Both the position numbers and the translations under genes were made by a program. Below the pieces are notes generated by a model. That model had not been told where the DNA came from. It saw only the letters and a list, made by a program, of their open reading frames with translations, and did not search any database. Source: Azolla caroliniana (Eukaryota; Plantae; Polypodiophyta). From it: a DNA stretch of 64,000 bases. Location: NCBI GenBank assembly GCA_043228905.1, contig JBHGNT010000012.1, positions 17,112,001 to 17,176,000 of the forward strand, in the 5' to 3' direction. Shown piece after piece: positions 54,864 to 64,000 of this stretch. Numbering within the stretch: the first letter of the stretch is position 1; the number at the start of each line of letters is the position of its first letter.

Positions 54864-56171
54864 TACTCTCCCTCTTTAAAACATTGCACTCTTGCAATGG
54901 AAAGTTAGGGAAGTTAGTTCTAACAGTATTTTCGCGTTCCCATGTGGCATCTTTGATAGATTTATCCATCCATTTAATTTTATATTCTCGGATTATTTTA
55001 GTACGCAGATTTTTTGTTTTAACATCGAGAATTCTTTCTGGTACATGTGGTTTAGAAGATAATTCTTTAGTAGTAACCAAAGTTTCAATTGTAATTGTAT
55101 TGTCGCCAGAACCTAGAAGTTCTTTTAAACGACTTACATGAAAAACTAGATAAATTTCAATGCCATCGGGAAGAGTGAGATGATAGGTTGATGAACCAAT
55201 GCGTTTGAGGACTTGAAAAGGTTCACAAACCGTGGGGCTAACTTAGCACACTTACCCGTAGACAATGTTTTAGAATTGTGAGGTACACGCAAAAATACCT
55301 TCTGTCCAAGGTTGAATACACAAGGTTGCCTATTATGATCAGCGTAAAAACACGCTCTATCTTGAGCTGTTTTTATATTATCTCGTGCAGTATGTAACAT
55401 ATCTTGCATATCCCGAATAAATTTTTGCGTACTTCACAACTCATCATAATGTATATTAACATCAATCAGGGCTCGTGGTTGAAAACCATACATCAACATA
55501 AAACGACTATATCCCGTCGACATATGCTGGGAGTTGTTATAAGCAAACTCCAAATTTGGGAGATAACGTTCCCATTTTGTTGGTTTTGCACCAACATACG
55601 CTCGAAGCATGTCCTCAATAATTTGATTTACTTGTTCTGTCTGTCCATCGGATTGAGGATGATCCGTGGAGCTCATGCTCAATGTAGTTTCTAACTTCTT
55701 AAAGATTTGCGTCCAGAAGTCACTAGTAAAATTTGGATCTCGATCACTCACAATATCCATCAATAACCCATAAAAACGAAATAACTCGTCAACAAATTGG
55801 TAAGCCAATTCAGGAGTTGTTATCGTGGTTTTAGTAGCAATAAATCTGGCCATTTTAGTTAGTCGATCAACCACAACCCAGATGGCATCATGGCCTTTTT
55901 GGGTGCGAGGAAGGCTAACAATAAAATCAATGGATATACGTTCCCACTTATTATTGGGAATGTCCAAGGGATGTAAAAGTCCTACGGCTTTAAGTTGCTC
56001 GGCTTTGTTAACATGACATTGGTGACATTTAGTAGAGCAGACCGTTAGCAATGTGGAAGGAAGGAAATTTTGTATTTGTAAGAAATACGACTCAATGGAG
56101 ATTGCTCCAGGAGGATTTCCTTGAGTTCCTTTCGCTTGAGCGGATGACATCGGGTCGTTATTCTGAGCCAT
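54864..56171 (-). pseudogene. Gag N-terminus/integrase-chromodomain fusion remnant
   Basis: ORF 55434-56261 joins MAQNNDPMSSAQ to KCHQCHVNK...; downstream pieces are frameshifted. Confidence 0.85.
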
Positions 56172-57184
56172 TGAATGATTATTTCTGGCAAAGAAATAGG
56201 ATAAGGTCAGACAAATAGGCATAACATCATGTCGTGATGTAAACATATCATGGGCAAACATTAATCAATATCATGATCTCACGTCAATACCCCTCTAGAC
56301 GTATAAGATGAGGTTCAAGGTCAGGTTACTATGGTAACACAAAGGTGTTTTAAAAACCATGGGGGTGACAAATGAATGTCTTTCCCTAATCTCTATATTG
56401 ATTTTTTCATGGCGGCTCCCCGAGGCTCAACCATGTATGTTTGTGTCATGAATAGTTTATACACGAAAAAAATGTTAACAATAACCTATGTTTTTGTGCC
56501 CACATATGTGGTTTCGGCTCTTTATGTCCTATTACAAGGACCCCGAGGTGTACTTAGACCTAAAGTCTAAACATGTACTATAGTCATATGTATCAATAAT
56601 GTTGTATGATCTTGGTCATATTTGAACTCGAGACCTCGAGAACAAATGCATTAAACCCTTGAGCTAACCAAATAAGTTGCACGTGTTGAATATTAAATGT
56701 TTTATGCGTATAAGAGATATGTGAGGCATTTGCCCATATATGTTTTTTAAAAAGAAACATATATGTCAAGAGTCGTTATTTCCCTCTCATTTACCACAAA
56801 CTATGTTGGTACGTTACCTAACGTCAAGTCTCATAATTACGAAGACATACGCCAAAGTGCAACCCAATGGTCAAGCGAAATGAGCCCTCTTTTCATAGTA
56901 TGCCCACGTGGCCCATCACATGGTTACGTCACTACGAATGCCTTTCGTAAGAATGATGCATGGTGGCATCGTATCCATGTAATGAGGGAGGGATGTTGGA
57001 TATGTGTGTCATAGGAGCGACCTCACATGAAGTGGGTCAAGCCCTACGTTCTCAACATCATTGTGGCTAAGAGCATTTCATTACGTAACGAAATCAAAGT
57101 GATTAACGAGGATGTCAACAAAAAAAAATTGTTGAAAAAAGGATGATGACTACGCCATTCTCACATAAATGTGAGGACGGAAAC

Positions 57185-57596
57185 TGTTGAGAGACAAGCT
57201 CAACATCGGCCGGATCGGCTGAAGAAGCCGAGGACCGGATCGGCTGAAGAAGCCGAGGACCGGATCGGTTGGGACCGATCGGTTAGGCCGAGTGCGTAAA
57301 CCGGGAGGTCGTTAGGAAAGATATTCCGTGAGGAATATATTTGGGAGTTAGTGTAGGAGCTCTTGAGGAGCATTGAAGTACTGTCAGTACTTCGGTCAGT
57401 CCTTCTAGGACTTGTATAAAAGTGTTCACTGAGCACGTCTTATGTACAGACAGGAGTATTATTATTGAATATATTTTTTGTGTCTACTCTCTCTGTCTCT
57501 CCTGTGTATACCGTGTAAGCTCAAGCTCTCCATTGAACCTGAGTTTCCTTCCTTCTGTTCGGTCTTCATACCTGCTTCCGCACGCTACTTTCTACA
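57185..57596 (+). mobile_element. Copia B-family solo LTR
   Basis: TGTTGAGAGACAAGCTCAACA...TTTCTACA; TSD GAAAC (57180-57184, 57597-57601); absent from the sister copy at ~13665. Confidence 0.92.
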
Positions 57597-59193
57597 GAAA
57601 CCAAGATCCTTTCCTCGAAAAGGACAACATTCGATATAAAGATCACGTAATATCAAATACACACATATGTTTATTTATCACATATATACAATCAAATACA
57701 TATACACGTGACCACATATGCGTATATTAAAAAAATCGTAACATCAAATAGCCAACATATGATGAAATCGAGACACGTAATCGAGGCATATAGCCTCGAC
57801 GCACACGAAACATCCAAAATTAAGAGTTAATCGTAATATGCAATTGAGGTATTGACCTCTTACACATATGACACCAAACACATATCATTTACATAGAAAT
57901 CAAGGTATTGACCTCATACGCAAACGTAACATATGTATGTGAACGTAATACGCAATTGAGGTATTAACCTCGTATGCATACGACACTAATCACATATTAA
58001 ATATATGTCAAATGAGGTATTGACCTTATACATATATGTAAACGTTTTATACAACCAATTAATTACCACTCCAACATCATTGAATCAATGAGAAAAAATT
58101 ACATATTGACCATATACATTATTAGATGGGAGAAGAAAAAATACAAAAAAAAACAAGAAAGAGTTACTGAAGTTCCTTTGCTGATCGTTATCTGGATCAA
58201 GGTCGACCGCATGTCGATTGATCACCATTCATCAAGAAGACAAAAACAAACAAAGGAAACATTGGAAACATAAGCTCTGATACCAACTGTTAGAGTTATG
58301 ATCTAAAGTAAGCATATGATAAGGATAAAAGATAGATAGATAGAAAGGAGAGAGAGAATGAAGGGTGTTGATCCACCCAACCACCCTCGAGCAAAGGGAT
58401 CGTGATCGACTCGAGCCTCGATCGGCGTCCCATACCACCGTCGTGGCGTCGAGTCGTACCTAGTGTTGGCGTGCTCGCTACAAGAGTTGACCCACCACGA
58501 AACAGAGTCTCAACGTAGTCAAGATATCATGAAATGAGGGTAGCTAGGCCTCATATTTAAAGTGATACCCAAGGCCCCCATGCAAGTTCACACTTGGCCT
58601 AATGGGTTGTCTCAATCCCGAGGATTAAAAGTAATTCTCCCCTTCTTTACACTCTCGTTTAACCCTCACACTTATCCACGTGTATAGAATACTATGGTAA
58701 ATTCACACCACGGGATATTATATGGTCATGCCCATAACAGTTAGTGTGGAATTGTAAGATTTAATGGCATCCGCTATTGTGATGTGGGAAATGCATAGGA
58801 GGAATTAAGTTAAACCAAGAATATTAAAAAAAAGGTTGAATGATAGATCAAGGATGTGGTGAGAAAGAGATATCTCAAAAAAGGCTTAGCTCAATTGATA
58901 TAATTGTGTGTTTTCACAAAACAAAAGCACATGGAGTGTGCTAAAATAAAAAAGGCAATGTGACCATCGCTCGTTGAGACGTTGAACCAAAACTCGGCGA
59001 TATACCCCTGAAGCTCTACTCGTGATCTTATCCCCTCCGTTTACCCATATCTTCATCCTATCCTTCTTCTATCTATTGTTTACTACATTAACGGAGCCGA
59101 GAATTATCTTGTTGTACTATTACTTATAAAATTTAATATTTATTTTGCTATTTTGTGAAAATCCTTGTTTGAGTATTTGGCATGAAGACTTCT

Positions 59194-59639
59194 CCATGAA
59201 AATTTGATGTTCAATTGTGAGAGTATTTCAAGGTTGTTTTCTCTTAGACGATCAAGCCTAATCAATAGAGCTCAAGGTTTTTAACCTTGTGGTCATGGGT
59301 TAGAACCCCATTGTTGATAATCACTCTATATTATCGGTGTGATGAGTTTCCCAATGAAATGATTCAGTGACTTGTTTTACATGCCGCCTTCTCCAAAATT
59401 CCATTGCAAGAGTTAGGACACAAAGTTACATGAATTTTGGAGAAGGCGGCATGTAAAACAAGTCACCAAATCATTTCATTGGGAAACTCATCACACCGAT
59501 AATATAGAGTGATTATCAACAATGGGGTTCTAACCCATGACCACAAGGTCAAAAACCTTGAGCTCTATTGATTAAGCTTGATCGTCTAAGAAAAAACAAC
59601 CTTGAAATACTCTCACAGTTGAACATCAAATTTTCTTGG
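59194..59639. repeat. Long inverted repeat (208-bp arms, 30-nt spacer)
   Basis: 59194-59401 is the reverse complement of 59432-59639, with about 7 mismatches and no indels. Confidence 0.95.
59247..59319 (+). pseudogene. Degenerate tRNA-Lys pseudogene (mirror copy 59514-59586, minus strand)
   Basis: TAGAGCTCAAGGTTTTTAACCTTGTGGTCATGGGTTAGAACCCCA compared with the plant tRNA-Lys(CTT) core TAGAGCGCAAGGCTCTTAACCTTGTGGTCGTGGGTTCGAGCCCCA (recalled from memory); acceptor stem and B box are broken. Confidence 0.7.
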
Positions 59640-62304
59640 CAATTAACGAGTTATTAGATGCAAGAGTTAATCCCAAAGAGATACCATTCCTCGTGAGCTA
59701 ATTCTAAATATAAACATTGAAAGAAGAAAATAAATCAAGAAATAGTGGCTCCGACGAAATTGGGTGCAAAAAACCAATTAAATTGTCCTAGGGATTAAAA
59801 AAAAAAGTTACAGAAACGATGATAGGCCCAAAGAATGTTATTGCATTGTAGGGTCGTAATTGTACAGACTTGGCAAGTTCAAATTGGCATGGCACATCCT
59901 CTATAAGGGTTTGGTTTGAATGATTTTAAGTTTGAAGGTTTTGTTGTTCAATTCGGTTTAAGTTTTGATTTTGATATTCCCAAACCGATCCAAATCGTTG
60001 TTGATTACTATGAGCATCCATATGTGGGCCTAGGCAATATATTTAATGGTTAGGACTTGAAAGATAGAAACATATCATTTTCTCCTTTACATACACACAA
60101 GTTTAAGGCATACTATATGTGGAGATAGCAACCACCATATTGATGGGCTGGATCATCATAAGGGTACATCTTATATGTTTCAAATTTGTTGTCCAACATT
60201 TTAATTTTTCACAATAAACATTATGTTTGAATGAGGCGAATCAACATAAGTAATGATATGTGTGTATGAGAAACACGTTAACTCCAAAAGTTGAGAATGA
60301 TTATATGTTGGAGTGTAAATTGGAAAGATTAAAGGGCTCATGGGTGAACCCCTAGTTGGTAAAATCATCGCAAAACAAGGAAGGGTTTAATTAATGTCAT
60401 AAAAAGTCATAAACTTTTAGATGCCCACAAATTGAATGCTTGTTAGAGAGTTAGAGATATAAAGCCTTAAATTATTGGTAGAATTGACCAGTGCAATCGT
60501 CCAATTCAATCTTAGTGTTGAAAATATAGTTTGCAAGTCCATTTGTTGTGTTGACTTGTGGATCTCTATTTGTCTTGTGTTGTCTAAATGCAAGCCTTAC
60601 GATTGGTATGCTCGAGTTTTATATTATTCACCTTGTTATTTGTGCACAAAAAGAATCATAGTTAAAAATAGCATGTAAGTTGACATTGTGTTGTTTGTTT
60701 CCATTCTAGTTTGGTCTCTTTTGTTTTGTCATATTTTCTTTGTTATTTATTACCAAGATAGCAAGTGAAACTGTGGAGTTTACTATTACTCACAAATGTA
60801 TTGCAAATTGCAAGTATATTTGTTGTTTGGTATTGCACTCTTGGTGTGTTTGAAAAGAAGACTCACATATGAGTTCATGGAAAATAAGATATAATTCTAA
60901 ATATCCTTTTGAGTTATTTGTTTATAGCAATTGGGACTTGGTCTCTTGCATGTTGTGTTCTCTTTTTGTATGTATCTTTTTACTTGTGGCTTATGTTTTA
61001 TGATGAATTATTTGATCAATGAGTTAATACAAACTTGATGATGAGTACATTTATGTCTTTAATTACATGGCATGCGCCAATTAATTGAACACATTGGTTA
61101 TTGCTCCATGGACGTTGGCCTCTCGGTCAACAATGTGACATATTAGTAATTACGTACAAAATATGAATGCAATAATGGATTCCGTTAGTATTCATCATTA
61201 ATGCAAAGAGAATGACATGTACATACATCATATGATATTATTAATGGTTTCAATGTTTTATCGTACACAAATACGCGTTGTAGTTATGATTATACTAATA
61301 AGTGAATCCACAAAGACAATTCAAATACATATATTGTTTTAACATATGAATTGTTAACAACCGTTTGGAAGAAACAAAGGGAAGAATGCCTCTTGTTGGT
61401 TGATTTATATTATTTTAGTTGTATTTGACTTGCAAGTTGCACAAACTCTTGTAGTTTTGTTGGTATGTATTACGGTATACCAATATGGATTAGTCAATAG
61501 TGAAGAAAGATAGATATCCTTTTAATGTCTAGGGGAGATAGATTGCAATCTATGCGATAAGATAAATAAAATAGAAGAAGGAAGGGAAGTGGGCATGGGT
61601 TACACGCATGCCATTTCTTAAAACATTGATATAAGGTATGCCATATAAGAAATGTTTACCATACAATGCTAGGAAGAGTTTATCTCTATAAGAGTTCCTA
61701 GACAAAGTGGCATAAGAATTGAAACCCATGTTTGACGTTAGTCAAGATCTAGTCTAAACACATGGTAGACCTTAGGGAAGTTCCTTTTGGAGGCGTGTAC
61801 AAGATGTCCATTAATAATCTTACCCATGATGACCAAGAGAAAGATATATCATTATGAGGAGGGACGACATGAAGCATAGGTGATTACTAAAGGAGATTTG
61901 CCTCTTTTTTTACGGTGTTTGTTGTTTTGGTATAAAAGAACACATTGACCTTTTTTATGACCTACAATTTTTCTTCTTCTTCTCAGGGGATTTCCCACAA
62001 GGAGATTGCATCTCAAACTAATACTGGTTATCTTTTCATTGAGTGTGTTTTCACAGTAGAAGATGATTTCCATGAATGTGAGTGTATTGTTGTTCACGCG
62101 GATTGTCTTTTACTTATTGGGGTTTTGATACATGGAGATGATTACCCTTGAATTAGAGGTTGAAGTTAGACCTCTCTTTGTCTAGGGGGGGGGTTCACAA
62201 GGGGGAACAAGGTAACCCATGGTTGCATGACCATTCATCAAATCATTGATGTTGATCACCGTAAAGACCAAAGTCGTATCCTCGAATCAAAGGCAATGAT
62301 AAGA

Positions 62305-62480
62305 CGAGAGATGCTCTTGCCCTAAGATGGATTGACATGAGGTGATATTGTAGAATCAAAGATGTGAGACACTCTTTCCCTTTAAAGATGGATTTTCGTG
62401 AGGTGATATTGCAAAATCAAAGATCAGAGATGCTCTTTCCCTAAGAGAGATTTATATGAGGTGATATTGTAAAATCAAAT
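62305..62480 (+). repeat. ~59-bp tandem repeat, 3 copies
   Basis: GAGA.(A/G)CTCTT.CCCT..A.ATGGATT...TGAGGTGATATTG.A.AATCAAA repeated. Confidence 0.8.
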
Positions 62481-63132
62481 ACTATATTGGAACGAGGAAA
62501 ACAATCACACAAGAGGCAAGATCCCCAAAATCAAAGGCAATTACTTATTGGGGCTCATCTAGTTTCTTACTTCAAGGGCCATTACATACACACCCCACAA
62601 ACGTTACGTGTGACCGAGATAATCACGACTCCTGATTGCAAGACGAGGATGGACACTTATGTGTTAAGAATGCGCATCATGAGAAAGGTTTACGCACAAT
62701 GTTCAAGACACAATTGCGATGTGCACAACCTTCTTTTCCAGAGCCAAGGTGCAAATTTACGTTCTAGGGAAGCGGGGCAATGAGCCGAACCGAAATGAGG
62801 ATGACCGACCACTAACGGAGGCCTCATGTATTAGGGGAAAAAATAGTTTCCGATCGAGCTTTTGGGATCATTGAGCATATATCGTGCGGCACAAGAACAA
62901 GGATGATCAGCCGCTAGTTGAGGCCTCTCTGTATGTCAGGGGTAAAGAATAGTTTCCGATCGAGAGCTTTCGGGACAGGGCAGAGAACGGCCATACGGAG
63001 CGACCTAGCTTACATGGCATGAGACTTTTTCAATGGATAATTTTGGGATAATTTTTCATAGATAATTCATTCTTAGCTTGGTCACAATTGTATATATACC
63101 CTTTGAAACTCATAAAGGTCAAATCATCATCT

Positions 63133-63163
<31 letters not shown>

Positions 63164-63492
63164 GAATCCCCTGTTTTTCCTTGACAACAAAAGAACAAGA
63201 AGCATGGGGCCTAACCACTTGCATATGGAAGAAGAAGGTAAAGCTTGTTCTTCTGTATACTCTGTTGATGCCATTCTGAGGTATAATCCTTTGTTCCAGA
63301 CTAAGTAGAAAGAGGAGGAGGAGGAGGAGGTGTCAAATATGTATGTATGTGTGCACGCACATGAATGGTAAGAAGCCATTGATCCCAACTATTAGATGCA
63401 TGGCATGCAAGGTAAGAAAAGAGATTCATCAAAATATATACAGATATACACGCATGGATGCTTTATACATATAGAAGGATAGCACATACAAT

Positions 63493-64000
63493 ATGCAAGG
63501 TAGAAGTACCACACTCAAGGGAGGTACAGGAAATGTGGCCCTTTCCCCTGTTTCGGAAATGCTTTCCAGAGTAATTCGCCTTGCGGCTGATACTGCCTTC
63601 GTGGCGAAGGATGTGCTCATCGAGAAGTCAAACTTCCATGATCTGTCCCAATACTTGGAAAGGATTTCCCCTATTCTAGTGGAACTAAAAGAGAAGAACG
63701 TGAGAGATAAGCCGTCCATGAGATTGGCTCTCGAGTCATTAGAACGCGAAATCAAGAAAGCGAATGAATTGGTCAATGAGTGTACTACTAAGAGCAGGAT
63801 TTATCTGCTTTACAATTGTGGGAGTGTCGTGGAACGCCTCCAGAATGTCATCCAGGAGATCGGAAAATGTGTTAGTGGCATTCCCATCACAACCCTCGAT
63901 GTTTCCATGGAAATCCGAGACAAAACTTTGGAGTTATATAATCAGATGCAAGGGGTAGAGTTAAAGGTTTCTCTTGGAGGAGAAGACATTGTCAAGAAGC
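63493..64000 (+). CDS. 5' part of a plant U-box/ARM E3 ligase (PUB43/PUB44-SAUL1-like N-terminus), running off the window
   Basis: Open frame MQGRSTT...VSEMLSRVIRLAADTAFVAKDVLIEKSNFHDLSQYLERISPILVELKEK...ALESLEREIKKANELVNECTTKSRIYLLYNC.... The exact start is uncertain, with a possible upstream intron from the GTAAG at ~63412. Confidence 0.85.
   Translation, partial: MQGRSTTLKGGTGNVALSPVSEMLSRVIRLAADTAFVAKDVLIEKSNFHDLSQYLERISPILVELKEKNVRDKPSMRLALESLEREIKKANELVNECTTKSRIYLLYNCGSVVERLQNVIQEIGKCVSGIPITTLDVSMEIRDKTLELYNQMQGVELKVSLGGEDIVKK

Larger units (their letters stand above)
54420..58739 (-). mobile_element. Family X chromovirus, internally deleted: LTRs 54420-54863 and 58288-58739, iMet PBS 58274-58285, gag start joined directly to integrase-chromodomain
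   Basis: TSD GATAG/GTTAG; PPT at 54864-54875; IN motifs ISIDFIVSLP, VSDRDPNF and QSDGQTE; chromodomain PERILD...YKIKW...ATWE; no PR, RT or RH. Confidence 0.92.

Noticed and set aside
59247-59319. Functional tRNA-Lys gene
   Set aside because: Acceptor stem, D arm and T-loop (GTTAGA instead of GTTCGA) are broken; reported as a pseudogene.
59870-60010. Second hAT-like MITE end
   Set aside because: Only one degenerate TIR-like end and no TSD, so the boundaries cannot be supported.

Overview
Eukaryotic plant genomic DNA. The Tcn1-type and tRNA-Trp-primed Ty3/gypsy elements suggest a non-seed plant such as a fern (inference). Positions 1-28.1 kb are a deeply nested transposon cluster. It holds several Ty1/copia elements, including a very young copy at 1706-6864 with apparently identical 649-bp LTRs but a dead pol. 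It also holds a Tcn1-like chromovirus (15861-21638) with a self-priming site and a candidate -1 frameshift pseudoknot, a gag-only element with an 18-nt tRNA-Trp PBS, copies of an iMet-primed chromovirus family, solo LTRs with TSDs and a decayed DDE transposase. The right half carries three host genes: a 2-exon BES1/BZR1-family transcription factor (minus, 35570-38167), a 7-exon NAD(P)-binding Rossmann-fold gene (minus, 49256-53088) and the start of a PUB43/44(SAUL1)-like U-box gene (plus, from 63493). It also has a hAT MITE, a deleted chromovirus and a 208-bp inverted repeat containing a tRNA-Lys pseudogene. The most unusual observation is that three different gypsy LTR families each carry a tRNA-like A-box/B-box (Pol III promoter-like) cassette, always antisense to the element. 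All coordinates and alignments were made by eye, without database searches.
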